Notes: a model not told the origin generated them from the sequence alone. DNA of 64,000 nucleotides from Bigelowiella natans CCMP2755 (GCA_000320545.1 ADNK01001884.1:33375-97374), one strand, 5' to 3'. Shown: positions 28,086 through 41,400, counted from the stretch's first letter. Translations and numbers: made by a program.

Positions 28086-28818
28086 CTTTTACCACACTCG
28101 TCTATCTCTCCTCACCGCTACATTTACGGACATGTATGGTTATTGCTATTCCCGCCGTGTTTTAAAGTTAAGGATGCAGTCGTCGTTGCGTGATGGTTCC
28201 ATTTATGCATGTGTGCGTTGTGTACCAGCAACATCCTGGAAAGTCTCTGGATATCCACCATCGCCACCACGCCCCACCCTCCGATATTCAAGATTCCACG
28301 CAGCTGTTTCCCAAACGTAGGTTTACGAATATGTTCATGTTAGAAACGACAAGGTTCATATGTGGAGAACAACATAATGCGATGCATAACATCGTGTGAA
28401 CCTCCGAGGCGCGACAGCGCAATGTCTCCAGCCATATCGGTCATCAAATCCTTGCGGTACTGATTCTGCCAAAAGCCTACAGATGCAGGAGAGGGCATGC
28501 CGAGCTTGAGTTTCGAATGTCATGGTAAAGGGATAATAACGGCGTAATATGATCTTCATGCGAGTCAAATACCTTTGCATCACCCTCTACTACCACAGCA
28601 CTATAACTAACTTCGCCACAAAATTGTCGGCGAAGTATCAGTATTCTCATCTCATCTTGACCTCCATGCAGGATGACGATGAGAGGCCACCGTTTCTCGT
28701 CTGTACCAGCCCTCTCAACCTTTGGCGGGAGAAAAAGCTCGCCATGTTGGTCTGGATGCGGGCCGTATCGAATGGGAAAGCGCGTGATTTTATTCTTTCC
28801 GCCTTCCACAAGAGCTGT

Positions 28819-28859
<41 letters not shown>

Positions 28860-29234
28860 TGTGCGTCTACTGGCGCGCGCGCTCCCGCATACATCTAAAT
28901 ATATTTTAAAAAGTGTGTGTATATTTATAACACACAAAATGTGGGGCTAACAAACCTTTTGGTCTCATGCGCAGCTCTCGCTTCACCGTCGCGCCTCCCA
29001 ATCGATACCGAATGGACGACTCACGGTTGTTCCGCCAAAAGGTAGAACCTATACTCCGACCCCGACTTAGAATGCAGGGTCGAGGAAGTGGCCTGACCGG
29101 TGACTGAGCGAAGAAACAACACAGGGGGGGTAAGTAGGATAACCAAGCTCGACCATTCTGTCAAACCAGATTTGTGATGCGTAAGCTACCGTAGCCACCA
29201 GCGTGAACAAGGCTGTCAGCAATCTAGACGTCAT
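26243..29234 (-). CDS. Alpha/beta hydrolase (esterase/lipase), probable signal plus transit presequence
   Basis: Motifs YGPHPDQHGELFLP, LIVILHGG, VVIIGHSAGGHL, SQSGVLDL and GHFHFLD. Putative start MTSRLLTALFTLVAT. Both ends are approximate. Confidence 0.78.
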
Positions 29235-29744
29235 TCATAACCTATAAAGATTATTGACGAGCTTATATCGTTCCCTCTTTCTCTCTCTACAACAACGAGG
29301 GATGGATGTGAACAAGAGGGCGGGGCTCACCTCTGGATCTCTCCTCTGGATCTAGGCAGAAAGTTGATTGAACACGCTCATGCGAGTATTGAAGATGCAG
29401 GATTTCAGGAGAAGAACCTGTCTGCATGCGGAGAGAAGGAAATCCTGGAAATCCTCTGTTTCTGATAAAGTTTCAGGAAATTTTCAATCGGGAATTTATC
29501 GAATTAGAAGGTAGTCGAGATGACTTTCATAAATACAATAAAAACAACAACTATATCCTCAGGTAGGTTCCTTCCCAGAATTTACACCGAGAAGAACCAG
29601 AGATTGCAAATAGAGAGTCTTCTTCTCATGTCAGCATCTTTCATCTGCAATTTTCTACTGAAACATGATTTTTTAGTATAAATGGGGATCCAAAATTAGC
29701 ACATTGAAACAACATCTTCCACAACAGTTAGGAAGGCTGTTACA

Positions 29745-31823
29745 ATGGATGACGTGCACAGCTCGCAGGGCCAGAAACCTAGACGAGGCTCCAAGGCGTC
29801 TGGAGGTCCTGTTGTGTACGATCTATTCCAACACTATTCGATCTGAGTTTCCATATGCGTTGGTTCTGTGGCCTTTTCTAACAATTAAGTAGGCAAGGCG
29901 CAAAACACACGCAAAAAGCAGAGCCGCGGAGAGTGTGCAAGTGAAGTAGGAAAGGTGCAGTCCCAGACGAAACAGAAATGGAGACCCAAAAAACAGAATA
30001 GACGGCAAAATGAGGCCAAGGGTAACCACCGTAAGGAAGCAAACAAAGTGCCTCAAAGGATAGACTCCAGCGACAGTAACGCATACACATATGACGAGTT
30101 CGTTGAATTCTATGGGAGCGACGAGGGCAAAATGAGGTGGGAGATATCAGAAACGGTAGGAAATCCCATTGAAAATCGGTCCCAAAAATCTGCACGCGCA
30201 AAAAAACGCTTGAACAAGTCGAAAAAGCAGGGGGGGGCGTCAACAATTCCGGATAGTAAAAACCTGTCGATGGAGGCAAGTTCTTCGCATCCGAACATGG
30301 TCGAGAAGATCGATAAAGAAACCGAAGAAGGCGAGATTACGTTCGACATAGAAGAAAACAGAGAACTTGCGGCAGACGAAATAGAAGCAATGAAGTCTAT
30401 CTATGGGGAAGAGAACGTGAAGCCCAAGGGCGTAAATGGTTTCCGTATTCTGATGTCGAACGATGTAGAGGGTAGGCAACCGCTCATGCTGACTGTCCAC
30501 ATCCCTGAGAGCTACCCATCTCATACACACCCAGAATTCTCAGTGTATGCGGATTGGATTACGGAAGACCAGCAGGTGAGAGCCACTGCGCACCTGATCG
30601 ATATGTACCAGCAAGAGCTACTTGGTTGCTGCGTACTCTTCAGCTGGACCGAATGGCTCAAAGAAAATGTTATTCCTCCACCAGCGATCAACCCAAACAC
30701 TTCTACCAGAGATTCTTCATCAGAAAACGTCCATGCTGTGACACCTTCCCCTTCCGCCTCCTCCACCACGCCTATCCTAGGCCGAAAGCTCCTCTACTCT
30801 CACCACATAATTGCACAGTCTAAGAGGGACGCTGTCTGCAAATGGGCCACAGAGCTTGATCTAGGCGGATTGAGCAAGATCGGATGGCCGGGAGCGATAA
30901 TCGTAGAAGGCCCTGAGGCCAACTTGAACGAGTACGTAAGGGCCCTAAAGCGGCTCACATGGAAGCACCTTGCCGTGCGTGGAGAGGAGACAATAAAGGG
31001 ACAGCCTGGGCAAACTCTCGATGAATTACGAGTCCTACCGAAGAAGTTTCGTGAGCTCGGAGAGGATTCTATGTCGGATTTTGCACAGGCCTGCAAATCG
31101 GCTGGCCTGCACGAACTCTTCATGACATTTATTCGTAAGAAGAGCAGCAAGAACGACAACGATGGCAAGACGACGGCCATTCGTAGAGCAAAGATTTCAG
31201 GTGGCCAAAAAACACACATCGATGGAGAGAAAAAGAACCTTAGGTATAGTGACAACAACGACTGGGTGTCGGGAGAATTCTTCGTTGACCGCAAGAGCAA
31301 GTTCCAGGGGCATGTGATACCTGTGGACTCGAGAGAAGCCGTGTCGGCCGCGATGGAACGCCTCCTCTCCAATCGTAAGATCGCGCGTGCGACGCACAAT
31401 ATCTCTGCCTATAGATTCAAAGCAAAAGGCGGCTCAGACGGATTCGTTAAGGTATAACGTAAAACGATTATACCAACTCTTCTGTAACAGCCAGAAGTTT
31501 ATATCATATGCACATATATACATGTATATATGATGTTCCATACTCCACCGCCTATTGTATTTTCTTCCTCTCCGCAATGAATCTCTTTTCTGTAGGACTG
31601 TGACGATGATGGGGAAACAGCAGCCGGTGGACGACTGCTGCATCTGCTTGATCTTATCAAAGCAGAAGGTGTATTGGTAGTGGTGACGCGATGGTATGGA
31701 GGAGTGCATCTAGGTCCGGATCGTTTTCGGCATATAAATAATGTGGCTAGGAAGATTTTGGAAGCTCGTGGTTTCGTCAGATCAACGGGCCAGGCAGGAA
31801 GGAAGAACACTAAAAAGAAGTGA
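29745..31823 (+). CDS. RWD domain + DUF1115 (RWDD2-like) + IMPACT/UPF0029 fusion protein
   Basis: RWD: DEIEAMKSIYGE...PESYPS...LFSWTEWLKE. RWDD2-like: YSHHI...GLSKIGWPGAIIVEG. IMPACT: DRKSKFQGH, ATHNISAYR, and last exon DCDDDGETAAGGRLL...VVVTRWYGGVHLGPDRFRHI. Confidence 0.88.
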
Positions 31824-31859
31824 TTGTACACTTACTATGAGAATGATCTAGAAAAAAGA

Positions 31860-33560
31860 GCTCTACCTGAGATTTCCCCAGGAACCGCACATGTAGGCAT
31901 CATTGTCGACCTGCATCTTCAATGATTTTTGACCATGCTGCATGAGGATGGTCTAGAGAGAAGCGCTCTATCTGAGACATCCACAGGAACCACACATGTA
32001 GACATCAACAATTGTCGACCTGCATCCATGATCACATGCAACCATGCAGTATGAATATCGGCATGATTCATCCGGCTAATCATTCCATGAGCTGTTGCAT
32101 GCACGTGTGTGATTGGAACTTCACAGCCGGCGAAATGGTGCTGTCAGTCATATCTGCTGTTGTCACACTGATGCAACGAACAAATGAAGGCATGGCACAA
32201 TTTTCCTGTGTGCATGAATGCTCCAAGTCGGGACATGATGAGGATTCAACTGGTGCTGCCAAATTGTCATTTTCTTGCAAGCCATGCACAAGTGATTGGT
32301 GTTCAATGCACCATTGGTCCTTCTCACTCATGGCCATGTGGCATTTGTGCTCAGAAATGATCGAGAGTTGGTTTTGTTGGAATTCACCGATTTGATGGAT
32401 CAAACTAGCAAAGGAACAAGCAAGTGAGCACCTCGACCTTGCTAGCTTGACCATCCAGGAGGTCCAGAGGTGCTTGCTAGCTTGGCTGTCGCACCTGACG
32501 ACACGTGTGTGTGACAAACAGTTGTCATTGTGAACGAGTGAAAGCGAGTGCGAGAACGAAAGAATGATTTGCATTGAATTGAATCGTGTTCACCTGGACG
32601 TCGCCACTGGGCATTGCTAGATTGCAGGAGGACTGGAAGTGCGCATGTGAGGATCGGACGCGTCTCAACCGGCTGGGTCAGCGGAGCAGCAGAGAAACTC
32701 AACCCAGCTAGCCAGACCATGTCCAGACCGCGGAAACTTGCTGACACTGAACTTTGAACGTTGAACACTGAAAGAAGCATGGCTAGATTGATGCAAACCA
32801 CGTGAGCAAGAACCACGTGGGAAACGTGCACAAGCTGGCAAGCACACAGCCGTGCCTTGAGCTAGCTGAGATCGTGGGAAGCTCGATCCCAGGCCAGAAG
32901 CTTGTTTGCGGGCAGAGAAAGCCTCTCTGGCCTTGTGACACCTGCTGGCCTGCCGCTGCCTCTGCAAACTGCAAACTCCACCGGCGTCGAAAACAAAAAT
33001 GAAAAAAATGAGAAAGCACGAACCACACGTTGGAACATTGAACATTGAACACTGACCAGATTCAACTGAGCTAGTTGTGACTTGGTGAGCAATGATGCAA
33101 AACAACGCGCAAAAACTTGTGGCACAGAATGAAAACGTGCTCCTGCAAATCTGCAAATCCCTCGCATCACATTTTTCCTGCTGGACAGAGCGCTGTCACG
33201 CGCTGCTCTGGCGCTACACAGATCGATTTGGGTGATTCTACCAAATGCAAAACGACTGAATGCAACGTTGCATTTTGAACAGACAACACTGACTACCAAG
33301 AAATGTCAATGCAACGAATGGATCCTCTCCTGTCAAAATGACAAGAATTTGGGATTTGGTCACATTGTGCCTCCAATCCCAGCGATACCACCTGCGAGTT
33401 TCTTCCAAAAAAATGAGAAATACGATGTCGCACGTAAAAGTCATGCACATTTTGATGTATGATTGGACATCAATTACGCCTTGCCCAATGCTCGTACGCG
33501 CAACACAAGTTGTTCATTGTTCATTGTTCATTGTGGACACATGCCTAGAGAGGAGGAGGA
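31860..33560. other. TpA-depleted, CTAG-retaining intergenic tract
   Basis: 32161-33210 contains 8 TA by hand count, all in CTAG. Confidence 0.9.
31861..32026. repeat. Degenerate direct repeat, about 58-nt unit with about 105-nt period
   Basis: CTCTA(C/T)CTGAGA...CAGGAACC(G/A)CACATGTAG(G/A)CATCA...TTGTCGACCTGCATC occurs twice. Confidence 0.85.
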
Positions 33561-33590
33561 GAGTTCTTAACAAAGGCTCAGGAAACGGCC

Positions 33591-34697
33591 ATGGCACCGA
33601 CACCCATAGACATTGGGCTCTTTATCTGTGGATCTGCTGTGATATTGCTTGGAATTCCAATATCGCTGCTGCATCAGGCCAACCTTCTGCTGTCTAAGCC
33701 AATGCAGACGACGAATATCATTGCGGCAAAGAACGTTCAGCGACATCGGATTGCTACAGCCTTTTACTGTTGGATGTGTACAATCGGACTCGGTTCTGCT
33801 TGCCTCTCAATTGGGATCGTGAATAATAATTCAAGTGACCGCACCTGTCTCGCTATGAAGATGATTGTCATTCTTTCTTGTTTTTTAGCTGTAGTGATGA
33901 AAAACGTAGTCCTCATTACAAGATCCTCTCTGATAGACCCAAATGGGGAGCGCCATTGTCTGCGCACACTTCTATGTGGTTTTGTAATGTTGTACATGTT
34001 CATATTTTTAGGGATCATTGTTGTCCGATTGATTAATGTCCAAAACCGTCGCAGCATTGATGGAGCCGATTTAGTGTGTGTCATGATATTCACACTTCAA
34101 CAGTCTCTTACATACCTTTTTGTTGATGTCGTTTTAAGCGGCATATCCCTCGTCTTATTCATTCCGCCACTTTGGAAGCCGTTTAGAAATGAAAACCAAG
34201 GCGAGTATCGGGAAATAGCAATTAGAGCGACTACATCACAGGCTATCAGCGTATTGATCACAATGGTAACTGTAATAATCATTATAATAGAGGACAAAGG
34301 AGATGATTATATCCCTATCCGTCAAGGATCTCTTTTGATTTGCTGCGACGCAGCAGCAGGGTTCTTTCTACTCGCAAACACGTGGAAAATTAAATTTTAC
34401 AGACGAGTCACATTGGACGTTCTTTGTCAAATGAATCTTGTTGTAGACGACTCTAAAACTAAAGAATCCAAGACTTCCGACAACAATCGTGATCAGAAAT
34501 GTGCTGACCCTGTTATTGTTTCGCAAGAAGCCTGTTCCAAACTAAAAAATAGCACATCGAGAATTTCAGCATCGGGCACAATCGGTGTTTCTCAAGTGAA
34601 TTCCTCTCGAGTCAGCGTTCAGTCTTCTGTCATGGCTATCAAAAATGAGGATTGCAACTTAGCTCCTCCAATTCAAATCATCAGAGAGGAAGTATGA
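33591..34697 (+). CDS. Intronless 7-transmembrane GPCR-like protein
   Basis: 368-aa ORF with seven hydrophobic segments, a Cys before TM3, LFIPPL at the end of TM5 and an S-rich cytosolic tail. Confidence 0.7.
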   Translation: MAPTPIDIGLFICGSAVILLGIPISLLHQANLLLSKPMQTTNIIAAKNVQRHRIATAFYCWMCTIGLGSACLSIGIVNNNSSDRTCLAMKMIVILSCFLAVVMKNVVLITRSSLIDPNGERHCLRTLLCGFVMLYMFIFLGIIVVRLINVQNRRSIDGADLVCVMIFTLQQSLTYLFVDVVLSGISLVLFIPPLWKPFRNENQGEYREIAIRATTSQAISVLITMVTVIIIIIEDKGDDYIPIRQGSLLICCDAAAGFFLLANTWKIKFYRRVTLDVLCQMNLVVDDSKTKESKTSDNNRDQKCADPVIVSQEACSKLKNSTSRISASGTIGVSQVNSSRVSVQSSVMAIKNEDCNLAPPIQIIREEV

Positions 34698-35411
34698 TTT
34701 TTGCAAACACATGTCTAGATGTAAATGCATGCTCTTTCAATCAACAGGTCTTAGAGGTGTGCCCCATGTAGCACACAATTGTGCTGTGTGTGGGACATGA
34801 TGGCATCCATCGCTCTAGCGCTACTCTAGCTAGCAAGCTAGCTAGGCTACTCCAATCTAGCAATGCTCTAGCTAGCTAGCACTAGCTAGGCCAGACTTTG
34901 CATGCGAATTCCACAGAATTAGATCAAGTTGGCTTGACTCTCTACGCGCGAGCAGGGTTGGACTTCATCGCACAATTATCTCCTCTAAAATTAGCCCCTC
35001 TGAAATTGGTAGACTTGAGACTGTGTCGCGCAAGCTAGCAAGCGCGAAATGACAACAAATGACTAGCTAGCTAGGAATCGCGCACATGTTTAATTTCGTC
35101 GAGCACACTCATGTCGAGATGTTACCCTTTGATCGTGTCGAGCTCACCTTCCATCATGACATGTCGCTGGCATTGTTTGCAACGGCATAGCTGGGTAGTA
35201 TATTTTTACATGAACATTAACTCTTTCAGTTTTCGGTCAAAATTATTCAATGATAGTTCCACAATTATGACACATTTATCTCCTTTAAATTTTAGTTTTC
35301 CTCCAATATACAGAAAAATGCTGACTCGACTCATACAAAATTTAGAAGATTAGACTCCTGCCCAAGTATAATTTTGACTAACATTCTTGGAGATGTTTAT
35401 CTCACCGATAA

Positions 35412-38400
35412 CTACATGCGTTGCAGTTCGACACTGCTGTTTTTTGCGATGCTGCTGTTTTTTATGTCGGTTAGCTTTACTTCTGTCATGTAGTCTGATC
35501 GTGGCTGGGAAAATCCTTTCACTGGACCTACAATTAGATTAAATTCACAAAATATAAGAAAGTTGACATGATGGATAGAAAGAGTAATGATGCGGTTGAT
35601 CATAATGATGGACCTTGTTCTTCATCTTGCTCGCGGGCGAACCGTATAAAAATCTGCTCTAATGTAGTCTCGCGCACAGAATATTCAACGATACCCTACG
35701 TAAACGATGAGGTTGAGAGTAGATACTGAATATCACTTTAAGAACCACCTGCTCATTCTTCGCATCTTCCAGTAACCTAAATATCTTTCCCAGAGAAGAC
35801 TTTGATATGTGGGCTACCTGGTGTGTCATGTTCTCTTCTTGATCCTCCAATAGCTTTGCATCAGGAAAAACCTTTATTTAAAGTTCAGATAGATCTGGCG
35901 AGCAATACGAGAAAAAATTTCATTTTAATTTACTTTTTTTATCCATTCCTTGTATGATTTGATCCTCCCTTTTTGAACCTAAACATATTACTGAATGTTT
36001 TCTTTGTGATTATTGATGCTTGAATACGGGTCTTTAGCTTTGCCTTGACATCCAACTGAAACCCTTGAGCGTATCTTTGTTTAAGGTGGGGTAACGATCC
36101 TTCAAAAAATCCACTCTTACATCATATTCGTTGTACAATTAAACAATGAAAAACCCAAACACTGAAGTCTTCCGGATACCATAATTCCTAGTGGACAAAT
36201 TGATAAGTATGCGATAGACATTTGTTATCGTGTGTTATTTCAAACCAATTCTTGCACAGAGAGCCTCACACTCCTCCATAGAATGAGTTGTTAGAACCAC
36301 AGAGCTAGGTATACATTATGGGATTATTAGCAACACTAGAACCAACCAGGAAATATATATTTAGATGAAATCTAGGCAACCGGCCAGAAAGAGTGCTCGA
36401 GATTAAATTCCACATGAACCTTATGTGAGCAAAACTCTTAACTTGGGCTTCAAACGTGATTTTTCTTTTTCTCACTGTACCTTCTCGACACAGGATCCAT
36501 TCCAGTTGAGGGTTCATCTAAGAATACTGCACACATAATTGTTGAGATAGTGGCAATGCACAGCAACAAATGATTCGAACCGATTGGAGGTCCTCCGACC
36601 AAAGCTATTCCTGTGTAATTAAAGTTCAAAGATTCTTAAAGTATAATGAAACAATGGTTATATCTCTAATTACCAACACTAAGCTTGCGCTTATTTCCTG
36701 TGAAAAGTATGTCATCTCTTAGCTAAGGATTAAGAGTTTTTCGATTTATTGCTTGACCTCCGCTGTAGCCTTGGCATGGCTTATCAGCGTAATCTTCCAG
36801 AGTTAAAATTTTGATCATCTGAAACGTTTGTTTATTTTAATCCACACGTTATTGTATTCTTTGTGTGTACCTTCTCAACATATGCATCAACTTCTGACAG
36901 AACGACCCCCTTTTTGAAAGGTAATAATACGTTAAAATACGATTACTGAAGAAGAAAAATAGTCAATACTTTGAAGATTGCGAACATTCGAAGCGTTTCT
37001 CTTGCTGTCATCAGAGGAAGAAGGGCATCGAATTGGGGACAATAGCCGATGTATTTTCTCACCTGTATATGTGAAGGTTAAGATTTATATTACCGAATAT
37101 ATGATTGTTTACAAACTTTACTTCTCTTTGTTGAGTTAGAATATTCAATCCTTCTAGCTCAGCTGTCCCGGCAGTGGGAATGACATCTCCAGTCACCATC
37201 TTCGGAATAATTCGTTATTAGCGGGGGTTTCATATCTCTGAAACAAATTCTACTTTCAGTGTCGTAGTTTTTCCAGCCCCATTAATGCCAAGAAATCCAA
37301 AACACTGGCAAAGTTACAACGATAGATCCGTTGATGAATCAGTCATATCAAAACTGTGGTACCTGTCCTTTTGGTACACCGAACCACATATCCTTGACAG
37401 CTACCTAATTTAATTGTAAGATTCTTATTTTACACACTGTTAACTCTGTTGGAAAGATAACTACCTTCGGACCGTATTGTTTTCTTAGACCTAAAAAGAT
37501 ATTTATTCCTTAATTACTTCTGCCATTATCATCGGGAATTTTAAAATGTAGACCCTTTAGTAAAATTGCATCCTTTTCATAATTACTGCCGAGCTTTGTC
37601 CCTGAAACACCACAAAATTTTAGATTTCCAATTTTTCAATGCTGATTCTGAACAAGTACCAGCTTTTATTCTATTCTTCTCAGCTAGTACCTATATGTGT
37701 GAACTAGATTTGATACTTGCAACTGTTTCAATAACTTTTGATTATTCTTACATCATCGTCTTCCCTCTCGACAATTTTGGATTCACTGTTAGTCGGCTGA
37801 TATTTTCCTGATTTGAAAAAGAAATACAGACTCAGCTGTGATGATTGCGATAATAATGGAAATAATACATCACACAAGAAATAATACCATCTTCGAAGAT
37901 CCATGAGTAAAGATATGGCGATGAAATTACAAACTATTTTTCAAAACCACTTAATTAATTACACAGGATTTCGTGTTTTTGAGACTCATTCCGGAACCTC
38001 AATAAGAGCTACTACTCCAAGGTAAGCAAATACTTCCACGAACTGACAATGAAAATATTAAAATATATCCATATTCAATTGTATATTCAAGGTACCATAT
38101 ATATCATCGGATATCCAGTAATTTCTATGTCCCAAACTTCTCGCTAAGATTTTAATCCAAAATCAGCTTGATGTGGATCTATGCATTATTTCAAGAACTG
38201 TGGAACAATTTACCGGTGTACCCCAAATAATAATCGAACTACGCGTCAATAAATTTATGATGACCTGAAAAATAACTACGCCTCTACTAAAAAGCGCGTC
38301 AATTAATAATAAAAATGACCTCTCCGAGACAATACGAAGGGAAAAACCTAAATTATTTTATATGAACGCAGATTTTAGTGCTATACATCGTACGAGGCAA

Positions 38401-41400
38401 AGACCAAGGACCTATAAATGAATTTCAAGTCATCGTTGACATCTTGAGTTGAAGGAATGATATCTAGTACTATGGAGAGTACCAGTAGTACTGCACCTGT
38501 TGATAGAAACTCCTCGATGAAATAAACGAAATTAAACATTATGTGTGAATATACCAAGGAGAATGTAAAATAAGAGACAGACATTCTGCGCTACAGCTTC
38601 GTTCGAAAATGAGAAAGACATCACGTATCTATTCAAACCAGTTTATATTAAAGCAATCCAATACACTCTATAGAATTTACGGTACGTGAAAGCGACAACT
38701 GAGAGACAGTACAAAATTACGGCCACAACTAAAGCAAGGCCCTGGGTTTACATGAACGGAGTCAACCTCAATGCAGATTTTATTGGAAAAGTATTACCGC
38801 TTCGCCAGTCAAGTCCTCAATGTCGTATGCCGAGAACCAAGCAACAGAAAGCAGTGCCGATGGGAGCATATTGAGAACGTCCCACTATATTTTTTGACAT
38901 ATAATCAACGGAACGTTCAACAATTTTTTAATGAATCCTATCGAAATCGTAATACCGTAAAAGCAGTCGCCCAGTAGATTGATAAAGGAACCCCAGAAAG
39001 GAGCTGTAAGTGCTTGCTATTTATTTCACGTTCCTAGTTACGGTGGCAAATGAGTCTGCTGCTACACTGCTACATGAGCCAAGATTGACTTTTACTGACC
39101 TGCACGATTTGACGGGCAACGCTGGCTGGCATAAAGGCGTACCCAATTGCAGCTATAAGAGCTATGAATGTAGTTGATAGCTGTTCCTGCTCACGTGTAC
39201 CTTAAATTGGCACAAAAAGAAAAATGTGTCTTCTGGAACCTTCAGCAGTTTTAGAATAATGAATAATTTTACGGGGCCAGGCCGAGAGTGTTGCATCCAT
39301 AGAGACCGAGTTATCTTCCACTGTGCTGCGGTACTTTACAAAATAGACATCATACGTTCTTGATTCAATTTGAATATATGAGAACTTTGGCTACCGTCGC
39401 AGTGTTCAGAATGTTTAAATATATCACAGAAGCGTAGGTTCCCGTTGTGTTATGGAATATAGTCCTGATATTATTGAATAAATTATTGATAGATTCTGCT
39501 GCATGAAAGAACTAAACCGCCACCTTAATCGAGTTCTTCCTTCTGCGTCCAATGTTCCAATGATATTAGAACCCAAATTAACGTAAGCACCGTACTATAT
39601 TGGATGAAATTTTATGACCAGGAATGAATACTCCTAACCAATTTAATATTTTTACGCGAGTTTCTTTGAAAGAAGTCCAGGTACATAATCTGTGTTTGAC
39701 GATAATAATTGTTATTTCCTAGGTTAGGAAAAATCAATATTGTGTGTACAAGTATCTAGACATGTCGACAATACTGTCAACAAGATTGCTAGGATTGAAT
39801 TGGCAGTTTTCAGTCTGAGTTAGCGAATCTCCTAATAGATAACAGAATGAATGCTGATAAAACATTTCAGGCATAGTAAAAAAAACCTTCTGGTGTTGTG
39901 ACGTTAAGCAGAGGAAGATTCGAGCTATCCACCGATATTAATGGAGCGAAGGAACTGAATATGAACATGGTATGAGATGATGGTATGAATATAAAGAGTA
40001 GATTAATGCAAAGTAAAATTAATCAACCTGCTTCCCACCGGAACTCGCAATGGGGAATTGTACTGGTCAGTACTAAGAGAAATGTCTCTTCGAAAATTGT
40101 CCAAACCTACAGAGAATTAACTGAATTAAATTCTAGCATAAATTATTAGAAAATAGGTACCAAGTCTCAACAATCCGATTCCAGCAATAATAATTAATGT
40201 TGGATAAACCTTTTCGAACGTAAACGTGAGGAGTAATGTTAAAAATATGGGAGAACTATAAACCAGTTGCCAAAGCCATATGTTGATATTTCTTTTGGAA
40301 CTTAGCCACCGTTTCATTATGAGGGCAGTGAACATTCGACCCATAGGCACCTTTTGGAAAGCATTTATCGTTAAGGTATCTTCTTGAACCTTCAAAATCA
40401 TACCTCTTCCTTCGATACTTCGATTACTTTTGCATCTATGATTGCCTGCAAAAGATTGTACAGTTAACTCAAAAATAGGTGTTGGCTACAGTTCAGATAG
40501 CAACGTTGTTGTTGGAGGTCTTTATACTGATAACCTAAAACATTTATAATGTTAACTGAGCATAATCTCGAAATTCGCACGACTTACTTTATGATCCTGT
40601 TTTTTTTCTAGAGAAGCCTCTTCAGAACTGACTTTTGCCTCAATGTGCTTTGTTCGATTCTGAATTAATATTTGTCTTCAGTCAACTCTGCAAAAATGTT
40701 ACGCATTAATGTACCACGCCTTCTCCTACTCTTAGGAACACCTAGCAGATAGAGAACGGTCATATAAGCAAAAACCAATAAAGAATCTCTACCTCCTCAA
40801 GGGTTGTCACAGATATTGAATACGCATCAACCCCAAGCGTCTCCAAATTTTTGTCGATCTCATCAAAAAGATCTGCAAAGTTTCTCGAGCTGGCTTTCGG
40901 AAGTTGGAATGAAATTTCTCCCGCAACGTTCGATAGAATTTCCGATTTCGGGATCGATTTATTGACAAGCTCTTTTATTCTCTACCATTGGACAATAAAT
41001 GGATAAACCTTACCTTCTACAAATTGATTTAATCAAACCTTTGAATCAGCACCCTCCTTCTTTGTAATTGTGAGGGAATATCCGACTCCATAGCGATTTT
41101 TAAGAAATAAGGAAGTCCCACAAGCAACGATCTCGCCTGGTTTTAGAAATGCCATCTTACTCTGCAAAAAGTGCAGAAAGTAGTGGTATACCTTTATGCA
41201 TAATTCCGATTCTATCGCCAAGCTGATCTGCCTAATTGTTTAAATGAATGATAAACAAACTTTGTGAAGTTGTGTCACAACATATACCTCATCCATGAAG
41301 TGTGTCGTCAAAATCAATACCTGATGACAAAATTAATTGCTGATTCAAGAATACCTTAATTTAGTTTTATCGAACCCTGCGTTCCTTGGCACGTTTTAGC

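Noticed and set aside
31861-32026. CRISPR-like or LTR repeat
   Set aside because: There are only two degenerate copies in a eukaryotic context, with no cas or retroviral genes.
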